Shown one piece after another: positions 18,211-30,205 of a stretch of 64,000 nucleotides of DNA. The number at the start of each line of letters is the position of its first letter. Position 1 is the stretch's first letter. The position numbers were made by a program, and so were the translations under genes. The stretch comes from Fibrobacteria bacterium (GTDB taxonomy: Bacteria; Fibrobacterota; Fibrobacteria; UBA11236; JADFYW01). The DNA is taken from positions 64,001-128,000 of the forward strand of contig JBNKOC010000016.1 in assembly GCA_050294405.1 (NCBI GenBank), in the 5' to 3' direction. Below the pieces are notes generated by a model that did not search any database, was not told the origin of the DNA, and saw only the letters and a program-made list of their open reading frames with translations.

Positions 18211-20637
18211 ATGAAAAACTATTCGAAATTAAAAGAGTTGATTGAAGAATTTGGCCAGTGGATTGTTTTGGCGGATTCAAAAAACCAGGATTTTTATAAC
18301 GTCTTTCAGGTTAAATTAAAGGATTTGATTGATAACATTCCTGTTGAATACAAATCAGAATATGTTGAGTTTTTAAAAAATGATTTCTTTTCAAAAGAAA
18401 TGTTTAGCTCTTCTAATTGGCCAAATACATTGGGAAAACTTGGAGATCTTTTGGACCAAATATTGGAAGGCGTTTCAAAATCAAAAAATATTGGCAGCAA
18501 ATGTGATTTTCCTAGTGCAGTTGATAGGGATATATATGAACAGTTTCTCCTTAAGTTAGACTCTACGCAAGAAGAAATAGAAAGGCTCATCTTAAATTTT
18601 GAAAAGCAAAAGAACATTAAAGATATTGAGATCCTTAAAGGAATCATTCATACTTTAAAGGGTGAAGCTGGCGTTGTTGGCATCTATGATTTGGAAAAAC
18701 TGTGCCATATTATTGAAGATCATTTGGAAAGTGGAAAAATTTCTCCTGATTTTTTATTCCTTGCAAAAGATTGGGTGGGCAAAAAAAGGGAAGTATTAAG
18801 GGGCGAAAAAATACCCTTGCTAAGTATTGAGGAAATTGAAGATTTGTGCCAGGCCGCTAAGGGTAATGTCCATGATGCAAAAGTCATTGATACGGAGACA
18901 TTGGATTTACATGTCTGTGGGGATTTGAGTTTAATCCAAGATTTCATCGAAGAATCCAGAGAGCATATACAGAACTCGGAAAATAATCTTTTAAAATTAG
19001 AAAGAGATTATAACAGAAAAGATGCAGTACATGCGATATTTCGGAGTTACCATACCATAAAGGGTATTTCAAGTTTTCTAAACTTAAACCCAATTACACA
19101 ACTTAGTCACGCTATTGAGAGCTTGCTTGCTAAATATAGAGAGGAGGAGCCTTTATGTGAAGAAGTTATCAATTTGTTGTTTGAGGGAAATGACAAGTTC
19201 TTAGCTGAACTGCATTCCCTGGAATTAGCTTTAGCCGGAAATAAGAGATATACATGTAGAAAGGATTTGGGAAAATATGTTTCCCGGCTTTCCGAGCTTC
19301 ATATTAAAAGGCTACCCCAGGATGCAATAGCTGTTCAAGTTCCAGATGTTCAGAAAGCACGGTCTGAAAATGAGACTTACAAGAACCTATCTCCGAAGGA
19401 GATGGATTCAATAAACCTCAAAGAGGTAATTAAAGTGGATGTTAACAAAATAGACAATCTTATTGAAATAATAGGAGAGCTTGTTATAGCCGAATCCATG
19501 GTTTTTGGGGAACTACATATGAATTCGACAGCAACCCTTGAATTACAAAAGAATTTGGGACAACTAAACAAAATTACTAAAAGTTTGCAAGAAATTGGAA
19601 TGTCCATGCGATTGGTATCCATTCGAAGCACTTTTCAAAAAATGGAAAGGGTTGTAAGGGATATTAGTAAAAAAAATCACAAGGAAATACTATTAATCAC
19701 ATCTGGAAGTGAAATTGAATTAGATAAAAATATTATTGAACACTTGGGGGATCCTCTGATTCATATGGTCCGTAATTCGGCAGATCATGGCATAGAGGAG
19801 CCGGAAGTGAGGACGGCATTAGGCAAACCACCAGAAGGAAAAATTTTCTTAAGAGCTTTTCAAGAAGGTGGTAATATTATAATTGAAGTCGAAGATGATG
19901 GCGCTGGACTCGATCTGTCCGCAATTACAAAAAAGGCCATCCAACAAAAATTAATTCCAAAAGATCATAAATATACAGCTGCTGAAATCAGCCAATTGAT
20001 TTTTTCGCCTGGATTCAGTACAGCGGAAAAAATAACCAACATATCGGGTCGAGGTGTTGGTATGGATGTTGTTAAGAAAAACATCGAATTGATTCGAGGT
20101 AAAATAGATGTGTATAGTGAGCCTGGCAGAGGTAGCAAATTTACCCTAAAACTTCCATTAACATTGGCTATCATGGATGGCCTTGTTGTAGAAACGGGAG
20201 GGGAGCGTTTTATAATCCCCACATTATCTGTGATAGAATCATTTAAATTGAGTAATGCAAATATCAGCAGCTTGCCAAATGGTTCTAAAATGCTGGAGTA
20301 CAGAAATAAAGTGATTCCTGTTTTTCCACTGGGGCACCTTTTGGATGTGGATGCAAGTAGAGAATTAGACGATTCGATTGTCGTCGTTGTGGAGGATACC
20401 AAGAGGCAAATAGGTTTGGTTGTGGAAAATCTGATTGGCCAACAACAAACGGTAATTAAAAATCTCGGAAACAGTTTTGGCAAAATACCAGGGTTGGCAG
20501 GAGCAGCAATAATGGCCGATGGAAGTATGATGTTAATAATTGATATTCCCGGACTAGTTGGAAGTGTAGATGAATCTGTAAGATATAATTCCGCCTGTTC
20601 CATTAACTTAGGAGGAGCCGATGGCAGAGGTTGTTAA
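18211..20637 (+). CDS. cheA: Chemotaxis histidine kinase CheA with two Hpt domains
   Basis: IHTLKG and YHTIKG Hpt motifs, HMVRNSADHG, EDDGAG, SGRGVGMDVV, CheW domain. ATG 18211 preferred. Confidence 0.95.
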   Translation: MKNYSKLKELIEEFGQWIVLADSKNQDFYNVFQVKLKDLIDNIPVEYKSEYVEFLKNDFFSKEMFSSSNWPNTLGKLGDLLDQILEGVSKSKNIGSKCDFPSAVDRDIYEQFLLKLDSTQEEIERLILNFEKQKNIKDIEILKGIIHTLKGEAGVVGIYDLEKLCHIIEDHLESGKISPDFLFLAKDWVGKKREVLRGEKIPLLSIEEIEDLCQAAKGNVHDAKVIDTETLDLHVCGDLSLIQDFIEESREHIQNSENNLLKLERDYNRKDAVHAIFRSYHTIKGISSFLNLNPITQLSHAIESLLAKYREEEPLCEEVINLLFEGNDKFLAELHSLELALAGNKRYTCRKDLGKYVSRLSELHIKRLPQDAIAVQVPDVQKARSENETYKNLSPKEMDSINLKEVIKVDVNKIDNLIEIIGELVIAESMVFGELHMNSTATLELQKNLGQLNKITKSLQEIGMSMRLVSIRSTFQKMERVVRDISKKNHKEILLITSGSEIELDKNIIEHLGDPLIHMVRNSADHGIEEPEVRTALGKPPEGKIFLRAFQEGGNIIIEVEDDGAGLDLSAITKKAIQQKLIPKDHKYTAAEISQLIFSPGFSTAEKITNISGRGVGMDVVKKNIELIRGKIDVYSEPGRGSKFTLKLPLTLAIMDGLVVETGGERFIIPTLSVIESFKLSNANISSLPNGSKMLEYRNKVIPVFPLGHLLDVDASRELDDSIVVVVEDTKRQIGLVVENLIGQQQTVIKNLGNSFGKIPGLAGAAIMADGSMMLIIDIPGLVGSVDESVRYNSACSINLGGADGRGC

Positions 20638-21154
20638 TAACAAAGTGGACGATAAAATCGGGGGGGAAAGTAAAGTTTTAAGTGGAAAATTCCTTACCTT
20701 TATTCTCGGAAATGAAAATTATGCCTTCCCGATTTTAAAGGTACAGGAAATTATTGGACAAATGAGTATTACAAGAGTCCCTAAAACCCCCTCGTTTATG
20801 CGCGGCATTATAAACTTGAGGGGGAAAGTGGTTCCTGTTATTGATTTGCGTGCGCGGTTTAATCTGGATAAAACGCTGGGTAACGAAAAAAACTGCATTA
20901 TTGTGGTTCAAATTAACTTGCCTCAAAATAGTTTGGTTACCGGGATATTGGTGGATGAAGTATCTGAAGTTGTAGATATTAACTCATCTCAAATTGAGGC
21001 TACACCAAATTTTGGAAGCAAAATAAATACGGATTTTATTTCAGGTATTGGAAAACTTGAAAAAAAAATGGTGGTTGTTTTAGATGTTGAAGAAATATTG
21101 AACTTCAATGAAACTAAAGTTTTGCAGGGTTCTATTGAAGGTATGTCAAATTAA
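20621..21154 (+). CDS. cheW: CheW coupling protein
   Basis: GIINLRGKVVPVIDLR, GILVDEVSEV. Confidence 0.95.
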   Translation: MAEVVNNKVDDKIGGESKVLSGKFLTFILGNENYAFPILKVQEIIGQMSITRVPKTPSFMRGIINLRGKVVPVIDLRARFNLDKTLGNEKNCIIVVQINLPQNSLVTGILVDEVSEVVDINSSQIEATPNFGSKINTDFISGIGKLEKKMVVVLDVEEILNFNETKVLQGSIEGMSN

Positions 21155-21177
21155 AGTGATTTAAAAAGGAGCATAAC

Positions 21178-23247
21178 ATGTTTAAGAACTTAAAATTGCG
21201 GACCAAATTAATGGGGACCTATTTGTTTGTAGGATTAGTACCCCTAATAGTTATAGGAGGATTGAGTTATTTGAATTCATCAAAGGCCTTGGAAGAAAAA
21301 GCATTTGACCAATTAGATGCTATCCAACACGTAAAGAAAAGAGAAGTTGAGCAATATTTTAAAAATCGTATGGAATTTCTAAAAGATGTTCCTAAAAGTT
21401 TAAGGTATTTAAATGGGTTAAAGAAATTTTCGACGGTCTTTTCAAAAGGTATTGAAAGTCAGGATTATTTGAAAGTTTATAATTCCCAATATCCAGGTTT
21501 TAAGAGTGTTTTAGATGTATTTTCCTTTTACGATATATTTTTAATTGATCTCAAAGGGAACGTCATATTCACAGTGGCCCGCGAAGCCGATTTGGGACAA
21601 AACCTGTACACTAGCAGCCTTGCTCAAAGTGGATTGGGAAAGGCCTTTAAACAAGGATTGAGCGGAAATGTATTTGTGGACTATGAATGGTACGGTCCTT
21701 CGGATGAGCCCGCAAGTTTTATTGCTTGTCCGCTGCAAGATGAAAATGGAAGCGTGGTCGGGGTAGCGGCCTTTCAAATAGCCCTAAATGATATCGATGC
21801 TATTATGTCCGAAAGAACGGGAATGGGGAAAACAGGGGAATCCTATTTGGTAGGTTCTGATTTTTTAATGCGCTCAAACTCATATTTGGATCCAGAAAAT
21901 CGCAGCGTCAAGGCTTCCTTTAAAAACCCAAGCAAAGGAAGCGTCAAGACCGTTGCCTCTAAAAATGCCATCAACAAAATTGCAGGGGAAGAAATTATTC
22001 TGGACTACAATGGAAATTGGGTTTTGTCAAGCTATGCCCCAATATCCATAGCCAACTATACCTGGGCTATTCTTGTGGAAATTGATGAATGGGAGGCTTT
22101 TGAAGCGGTATCGTCTCTTCAATGGATAATTGGAATTTGCGGATTAGTTGGTCTAGTATGTATTGTTGTTATATCTTTGTTAATTACTCGATCCATTACA
22201 CTGCCCCTAAACAAGGTGATAGAAGGGTTATCACTTGGATCGGAACAAGTAACATCAGCTTCTGATCAAGTATCTGCATCTAGCCAGCAAATGGCTGAAG
22301 GGGCAAATGAACAAGCTTCAAGTTTGGAAGAAACTTCTTCTTCCCTGGAAGAAATGTCTTCTATGACCAAGCAAAATTCTGAAAATGCCAATGAAGCCAG
22401 CAAGATATCAAAACAAACTGAAAATTCTGCTCAAAGCACTAAAGAAGCCATGGAGAGCATGTCGGGTGCCATTGAGAAAATAAAACATTCCTCCAATGAA
22501 ACGGCTAAAATCATTAAAACAATTGATGAAATCGCATTTCAAACAAACCTATTAGCTTTGAATGCGGCTGTGGAAGCAGCAAGGGCCGGCGAGGCTGGAA
22601 AAGGTTTTGCAGTCGTGGCAGAAGAGGTCAGAAATTTAGCCCAACGCTCTGCAGAAGCCGCAAAAAATACCTCAAGTTTAATTGAGGAAGCTCAAAAAAA
22701 TGCAGACCATGGTGTTCGTTCTTCGGAAGAAGTCGGAAAAAGTTTAAAAGAAATATTAGAACAGATTCAAAAAGTTTCTCAGCTAAATTATGAAGTCGCA
22801 GCTTCGAGTGAAGAGCAAGCGCAAGGAATTGAACAAATAAATAATGCAGTGGCGCAAATGGATAGAGTTACTCAGAGCAATGCCTCCAATGCGGAAGAAA
22901 GCGCCTCGGCTTCGGAAGAACTATCAGCTCAAGCCAAAGAACTCAATGATATGGTGAAAGCTTTGAAAACAATAGTTGGAGGAAATCTGGCTGATGGATA
23001 TGACAGTAGGCAGGAAACAAATAGAAATGGTAGTGCAAAAATCAAAGCTCGTGCTAAAAAAAACTTACTTCATGCATTAAGACCTAATCATTTATTGCAC
23101 CTTCAAGACTCTTTAAATAGTCCCGATGAAAACGGAGCGATTTTGAAGAAAGGTGGAAGTGAGGTCAAAGTAAGCAAAAAAAGAAACCCCAATCTTAAAC
23201 CAGAAGAATTTTTTCCACTTGACGATAGCAACTTAAAAGAATTTTAA
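21178..23247 (+). CDS. Methyl-accepting chemotaxis protein with dCache sensor
   Basis: Two TM helices, [11 protein letters not shown]ache motif, [31 protein letters not shown]-terminal LKEF tail. Confidence 0.95.
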   Translation: MFKNLKLRTKLMGTYLFVGLVPLIVIGGLSYLNSSKALEEKAFDQLDAIQHVKKREVEQYFKNRMEFLKDVPKSLRYLNGLKKFSTVFSKGIESQDYLKVYNSQYPGFKSVLDVFSFYDIFLIDLKGNVIFTVAREADLGQNLYTSSLAQSGLGKAFKQGLSGNVFVDYEWYGPSDEPASFIACPLQDENGSVVGVAAFQIALNDIDAIMSERTGMGKTGESYLVGSDFLMRSNSYLDPENRSVKASFKNPSKGSVKTVASKNAINKIAGEEIILDYNGNWVLSSYAPISIANYTWAILVEIDEWEAFEAVSSLQWIIGICGLVGLVCIVVISLLITRSITLPLNKVIEGLSLGSEQVTSASDQVSASSQQMAEGANEQASSLEETSSSLEEMSSMTKQNSENANEASKISKQTENSAQSTKEAMESMSGAIEKIKHSSNETAKIIKTIDEIAFQTNLLALNAAVEAARAGEAGKGFAVVAEEVRNLAQRSAEAAKNTSSLIEEAQKNADHGVRSSEEVGKSLKEILEQIQKVSQLNYEVAASSEEQAQGIEQINNAVAQMDRVTQSNASNAEESASASEELSAQAKELNDMVKALKTIVGGNLADGYDSRQETNRNGSAKIKARAKKNLLHALRPNHLLHLQDSLNSPDENGAILKKGGSEVKVSKKRNPNLKPEEFFPLDDSNLKEF

Positions 23248-23284
23248 ATAAAATCAGGGGCTATAAACGCTAATCATACATAAT

Positions 23285-24088
23285 ATGAAAACGGCTACTT
23301 TTAATAAGATCACTCAAATTGTGTATGAAAAAAGCGGAATAAGTTTGGGGCCGCACAAAATGGCTTTGGTTCAGGCTCGAGTCGGAAAAAGACTAAAAGC
23401 CTTATCTCTTTCTGACTTCGAGTCTTATTTGGAATATTTGACCGACAAGGACAATAGTGATGAAATCATTTATTTGCTTAATTCCATGTCAACAAATACA
23501 ACCCATTTCTTTAGGGAACCACAGCATTTTGAAAAATTGGAAGGGTTGTTGAAAGAATGGATTATGCAGGGGCAAAAAGAGTTTAAAATATGGTCAGCAG
23601 CCTGTTCTTCCGGGGAAGAGCCGTATTCCATCAACGCTGTTTGTCACTATCTTCAAAACCAATTTTCTTTTAAGTGGAAGATATTGGCTACTGATATAAG
23701 TACAAAGGTTTTGCTAAAAGCGAAAATAGGACAGTATTCTGTGGATAAATTGAATACAATTCCGAAAAAATATTTTGGGCTCGTATTTTCAAAAAAATTT
23801 CTAAGAGGCAATACATATTTTTCTGTAAAACCCGGATTACAACAAGAGATATATTTTAATAGGTTTAATTTATGTGAATTGCCCTACCCGATGAAGGGTC
23901 CCTTCGATATTATATTTTTCCGAAATGTGATGATTTATTTTGACAACCCAACACGTGCGAAATTACTAAAAGAAATGGCTAGGTTATTAAAACCAGGGGG
24001 TTGTTTGTTTGTCGGGCATGCTGAAAGTTTAACGGGTCAGTTAGTTAAGATGAAAGCAATATTCCCTTCGGTATATATAAAGGAATAA
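23285..24088 (+). CDS. cheR: CheR methyltransferase
   Basis: TNTTHFFRE, WSAACSSGEEPYS, ATDIS, RNVMIYFD. Confidence 0.95.
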   Translation: MKTATFNKITQIVYEKSGISLGPHKMALVQARVGKRLKALSLSDFESYLEYLTDKDNSDEIIYLLNSMSTNTTHFFREPQHFEKLEGLLKEWIMQGQKEFKIWSAACSSGEEPYSINAVCHYLQNQFSFKWKILATDISTKVLLKAKIGQYSVDKLNTIPKKYFGLVFSKKFLRGNTYFSVKPGLQQEIYFNRFNLCELPYPMKGPFDIIFFRNVMIYFDNPTRAKLLKEMARLLKPGGCLFVGHAESLTGQLVKMKAIFPSVYIKE

Positions 24089-24090
24089 AC

Positions 24091-24588
24091 ATGGAGTCCA
24101 TTAAAGCTAAACTAAGGGTGATCGGTATTTCGGAATTTTATGTTAGTGAAGATTCGAGCTGTAAATTAATTACTTATTCTTTAGGATCTTGTCTGGGACT
24201 AACTGTTTATGATAGTGCCCTTCGAATTGGTGGGATGATTCATTGTCAATTGCCTCTTTCGTCCGTTGATAAATTAAAATCTGAAAATAAGCCGGCTATG
24301 TTTGTTGATACGGGAGTGCAACTTTTGTTTGAAACCATGTATAAGTTAGGATCGAAAAAAAAAGACTTGGTGGTAAAAGCGGCTGGATGTTCTAACATCA
24401 TGGATGTAAATAACCGCTTTAAAATTGGAGAACGAAACTTTGCGATATTAAGAAAACTGATGTGGAAAAATAATATGTTAATACAAGCACAAGATATAGG
24501 GAGTGACAAAACTAGAACCTTATCGCTTGACATTGGAACTGGAGTTACTTCCGTGAAAATTAATCAAATAGAAATGGTTTTAGAGTAA
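24091..24588 (+). CDS. cheD: CheD deamidase
   Basis: LGSC, GGMIH, IGERN. Confidence 0.9.
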   Translation: MESIKAKLRVIGISEFYVSEDSSCKLITYSLGSCLGLTVYDSALRIGGMIHCQLPLSSVDKLKSENKPAMFVDTGVQLLFETMYKLGSKKKDLVVKAAGCSNIMDVNNRFKIGERNFAILRKLMWKNNMLIQAQDIGSDKTRTLSLDIGTGVTSVKINQIEMVLE

Positions 24589-24598
24589 GAGGCAATGC

Positions 24599-24976
24599 AT
24601 GGGATACAATATTCTTGTTGTAGATGATTCTCAGATAATTCAGGAAGTCATGAAAAAAACACTGTTTATGACCGGATTGGAAATTGGTCAGGTTTTTACC
24701 GCTAAAAATGGTTTGGAGGCTTTGGAGGTAATTGAACAAGAATGGGTAGATTTGGTTTTTACGGATATTCATATGCCGAAAATGGATGGTGTTGGCTTAA
24801 TGGAAGAATTAAATAGAAAAGGAATGATAAAAGATTTACCAGTGATTGTCGTGTCAACGGAAGGAAATCAAAAGAAGAAAATGACCCTGATTCAATTAGG
24901 CGTTGTTGATTTTATTAGAAAACCTGTAACACCTGAAGCCGTAAAAAATTCAATTGACAAGGCTATCGCCCAGTGA
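24599..24976 (+). CDS. cheY: CheY-like response regulator
   Basis: VVDDS, TDIHMPKMDG, STEG, KP. Confidence 0.85.
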   Translation: MGYNILVVDDSQIIQEVMKKTLFMTGLEIGQVFTAKNGLEALEVIEQEWVDLVFTDIHMPKMDGVGLMEELNRKGMIKDLPVIVVSTEGNQKKKMTLIQLGVVDFIRKPVTPEAVKNSIDKAIAQ

Positions 24977-24989
24977 GAGGAGGCTGTGT

Positions 24990-26478
<1,489 letters not shown>

Positions 26479-26628
26479 GGAGGAAATATCCGATTACTAA
26501 ACAAAAAACATTAAAAATTATGCAACGAAAAAAAAATCTGACTTTTTATGGGGTTGCTTTTAAACCCATATTCAAAATAAAAAGTATTGGCTAAACCCTT
26601 CCAAAGACCTTATTTTATTTTTCCAGCT

Positions 26629-28094
26629 ATGACACAAGCAATTTCATTTTTTAATGCAGTTTGGAAAAATGGCATTGGAGATGTTTTCCAGGTTATTAAT
26701 CCCTCCAACGGGCAATTACTATGGGAAGGTCCTTCTTGTTCCGATGCCGATGTTATGGATGCTTTGGCAGCCTCGAAAATAGTGCAAAAAAAATGGGAAT
26801 ACACATCCCCCGAAAAGCGAATAGAGTTGTTGCAAAAATATGGGAACAGCTTAAATAAACATTCAGTAGAACTGGCCCATATCATTTCGCTTTGCACAGG
26901 CAAACCATCATGGGAATCTATAGCTGAAGTAAATGCCATGATAGGGAAAATACCCATTTCCATCGAGGCTTATAAGGAACGTTCCAATACAAGCCAAGTT
27001 ATAACCGGCTCAATCACATCCCAAACCTCCTTTAAACCATTAGGTGTGGTCGCAGTATTTGGTCCATTTAATTTTCCAGGGCATTTGCCTAATGGGCATA
27101 TAGTTCCAGCCTTGTTAGCAGGCAATTCCATAGTGTTTAAACCAAGCGAATTTGTACCCCTGGTGGCAGTTAAAATGCTGGAGTGCATGTTAGAAGCGGG
27201 CTTTCCCGAAAATCTGGTACAAGTTATTCAGGGAAAATCTGCAACAGGCAAAGCCTTGGCGCAGTCTGGAAAAATCCGGGGATTATTTTTTACAGGGAGC
27301 TCCACTACCGGGAAAATTTTACACCAGCATTTGCTGGCAAACCCGATGTATTGCTTGCTCTTGAAATGGGAGGAAACAACCCACTCATTGTATGGGATAA
27401 AAAAGATTTGAAGTCCACGGCCCTTCATCTTTTAAACTCTGCGTTTATTACGGCAGGCCAGCGATGTACCTGCGCCCGCAGACTCATTCTTCCAAAAAAT
27501 CAAGTGGCCAATGATCTAATAGAAGAACTCATTTCCCTTTGTAAAAAAATATATGTTAATGGTTACCCTTCGGAAAAAGAGCCTTTTATGGGGCCTGTAA
27601 TCTGCGAAGCTGCCGGGGATAAAGCTTTATTGTTTCAAAATAAGTTAAAGAAAAATGGGGCTGAAAGTATTTTAGAAATGGAAACCTTGGGAAAGCCTAA
27701 TCTACTATCTCCTGGTATTTTGGATGTAAGCCGGTGTTTAGATCCTTCAGATGATGAAATTTTCGCTCCGCTGTTACAGCTTTACAGAGTGAGCCATTTT
27801 GAGGAGGCTCTGGATTTGGCGAATTCCACAAAATACGGGTTGGCGGCCTCCTTATTTTCAGATGATGTAAAATTATGGGAAAAGTTTTACAAACATTGTC
27901 GTGCCGGTGTACTCAATTGGAATAGGCCTACTACGGGGGCTTCCTCCCGGCAGCCTTTTGGAGGGGTGGGGCTTAGCGGAAATTACCGCCCCAGCGCCTA
28001 TTTTGCTGCAGATTACTGCGCTTATCCTGTGGCTTCCCAATTGGAGCCTGAATTATCAGACCCCCCAGCCCCGCCCAAGGGGCTTTACCTCTAA
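26629..28094 (+). pseudogene. astD: AstD-like (succinylglutamate-semialdehyde) dehydrogenase split by a 1-nt deletion, possibly a sequencing error
   Basis: GPFNFPGHLPNGH and FTGS in the first frame; LALEMGGNN, TAGQRCTCARR, GNYRPSAYFAADYC in the second. One extra T at 27330-27332 restores ...LHQHFAGKPDVLLALEMGG. Confidence 0.8.
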
Positions 28095-28150
28095 CTTGCA
28101 CACTATTCCATTTTATTGTCTATTAATAGAATCTTTTGAAAAGGAGTGAT

Positions 28151-29173
28151 ATGGCTGCCGACTTAATATATGATATTATGCCTCTTGGATTTCCCTGGCA
28201 AACCTTAGACCCCTTTTTATTTTGTGTACATCACGAGGACTTTTATCCCAACGGAAACGAGCAATTCGGCCCTGAGGCTTCTTTAAGCGGTCGCAACATT
28301 GGCCAGGATTTCACTATAAAAGATGGCTGGCGCATGTATCACGGAGAAAAAGTGCCGGGATTCCCTGTTCACCCTCACCGCGGCTTTGAAACCGTAACTG
28401 TGGTTCGCAGGGGTTACGTGGATCATGCTGATTCCATGGGGGCGGCGGGAAGGTATGGAGGCGGCGATGTGCAATGGATGACAGCCGGTAAAGGGGTACA
28501 GCATGCGGAAATGTTCCCGCTGTTAAATAAAAATAAAGAAAATACTCTGGAATTGTTTCAAATTTGGTTGAACCTGCCTTCTAAGAATAAAATGGTGGAA
28601 CCCCATTTTAAAATGTTGTGGAGCGATTCTTTGCCTAAAATTACCGTAAAAGATTTAAAGGGCAAAACCACAATATTGGAAATTACCGCAGGTATGTATA
28701 ACGGCGCAAAATTGCCAACGCCTCCACCGGATAGTTGGGCTGCGGATAATGCCAATAATGTATGGATATGGACCCTTAATATGGAAAAAACAGCTCAGTT
28801 TGAAATCCCCAAATCACAGCCAGGGCTAAACAGAATGCTTTATTTTTTTAAGGGCTCTAAAATAAAAATTGGGGAAAAAGAAGTATCCCCCGGACATGGC
28901 ATTCATTTGAGATCAGATACTAACATAACTATTGAAAATGGCGCAGAAGCAGCTCAATTTTTGCTATTGCAGGGAAAACCCATTTCAGAGCCAGTGGTCC
29001 AATACGGCCCATTTGTAATGAATACCCAGGCCGAAATCCAGCAAACCTTTATGGACTATCGTCAAAGCAATTTCGGAGGCTGGCCCTGGAATAGGCCCGA
29101 TCCCATTCATGCGGACAAGGAGGGTCGTTTTGCCAAACACGCCGATGGCACAATGGAAACAAGGCCACTGTAA
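28151..29173 (+). CDS. Pirin family protein
   Basis: DPFL, HPHRGFETVT, QWMTAG-x-GVQHAE, GPFVMN. AAGGAG RBS before ATG 28151. Confidence 0.95.
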   Translation: MAADLIYDIMPLGFPWQTLDPFLFCVHHEDFYPNGNEQFGPEASLSGRNIGQDFTIKDGWRMYHGEKVPGFPVHPHRGFETVTVVRRGYVDHADSMGAAGRYGGGDVQWMTAGKGVQHAEMFPLLNKNKENTLELFQIWLNLPSKNKMVEPHFKMLWSDSLPKITVKDLKGKTTILEITAGMYNGAKLPTPPPDSWAADNANNVWIWTLNMEKTAQFEIPKSQPGLNRMLYFFKGSKIKIGEKEVSPGHGIHLRSDTNITIENGAEAAQFLLLQGKPISEPVVQYGPFVMNTQAEIQQTFMDYRQSNFGGWPWNRPDPIHADKEGRFAKHADGTMETRPL

Positions 29174-29217
29174 AACTTATTTTGTATTAAGGCTTTGTTT
29201 TGCTGCGAGGGCAATTA

Positions 29218-29395
29218 TAAAAATTGATGATCGATGTTGTGAGCGAGGCGTGCGATGACGAACCGAGGATACTTAAATTAAGGTCCCGACGAGTTTGAAG
29301 GAGCTTGCGACGACCAAAAACCGGAGTTTATACATTATAAATGAGGATTTTGAGGAAGAGTAGAACGAAGCTCACAGCTGCGAGGGCAATTTTTA
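29218..29395. repeat. RPE-like palindromic element / MITE
   Basis: Imperfect ~26-bp terminal inverted repeats (taaaaattg...ttgtgagc / gctcacagc...caattttta), internal hairpin tttata-cat-tataaa, and an extra copy of gctgcgagggcaatt at 29202-29216. Confidence 0.6.
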
Positions 29396-30204
29396 GAGCT
29401 GCCTGAAAGTAAATAGGAGTTGGAAAAGCCTAAGCGCGGATGGTACTGAGAAGATGGGCTTAAGGTTAAAGAGCCCAAGTTTAAGCTGATTCCCAGGGAC
29501 AATTGAAAAGGAATATCCGTAATGCCGTAGCTAAACTCCAGGTATTTGGAAAAAATAAAATTTTGACTGAATTTGCGCTGAAATCCTTTTTGAAAATCAT
29601 AACTAACATCCATGGCTAATTGGGAGTTTTTTAAGTTTATTTGAATTCCTCCTTGGTAAACTGTAGCTTTTATGCTTTCAATGTTTTCCTTTCTTATAAT
29701 AGGGGATTTATAAATCAGCCCTAATTTTATCTTTGAGTAGGATAGAATTGCTCCGGCGATCAAACTGCTTGAATAAGTTCCCTCAAATTCCTGAATTTCA
29801 ACCCGGTGTAAATTAGCTGCTAAACCAAGTTGTAGCCATCCAGCAATTCTCATAGATGTCTGGGGCTGAAAATGTTGTTCCACATACAAATCTTCAATTT
29901 TAAATTGATGTATGTTGCAGGCTAAGCCCCAATTGGGAAAATCCCAAAAGGCCCCCATATGTATTTGGGATACGGATTCCATCTGAAAGGGATTGCGGTA
30001 ACTTAGGCTAAATCCTCTTGTGTTGGCATCATGGGATGCGGGGTTGTTAAAAAGCCCCGTGCGTTTTAAGCCGGTGGCAGCTCCCGCTCCAAGATGTGCA
30101 TTGTAGCTGTCTTCAACACCTGTATAGTTATATTCAGCAAAAGCTGGAAGAGGCAAGGCTAAAAAGAATCCTAGCCCTATAATGCCCATTTTAAATCTTG
30201 ACAT
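29335..30204 (-). CDS. PorV/FadL-like outer-membrane beta-barrel protein
   Basis: Signal peptide from ATG 30204, GLFNNPAS motif, amphipathic strands; C-terminus runs into the repeat element. Confidence 0.55.
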   Translation of the reverse strand: MSRFKMGIIGLGFFLALPLPAFAEYNYTGVEDSYNAHLGAGAATGLKRTGLFNNPASHDANTRGFSLSYRNPFQMESVSQIHMGAFWDFPNWGLACNIHQFKIEDLYVEQHFQPQTSMRIAGWLQLGLAANLHRVEIQEFEGTYSSSLIAGAILSYSKIKLGLIYKSPIIRKENIESIKATVYQGGIQINLKNSQLAMDVSYDFQKGFQRKFSQNFIFSKYLEFSYGITDIPFQLSLGISLNLGSLTLSPSSQYHPRLGFSNSYLLSGSSKNCPRSCELRSTLPQNPHL

Positions 30205-30205
30205 A

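Noticed and set aside
11701..20603. Long antisense ORFs (11701..12270; 19965..20603) and other nested ORFs
   Set aside because: Shadows of well-supported genes on the opposite strand, with no recognisable motifs.
27183..27411. Programmed ribosomal frameshift in astD
   Set aside because: No slippery heptamer or clear stimulatory structure at the junction; a simple indel is more parsimonious.
29202..29391. CRISPR mini-array from the 15-bp direct repeat
   Set aside because: Only two short copies 175 bp apart, and no cas genes.
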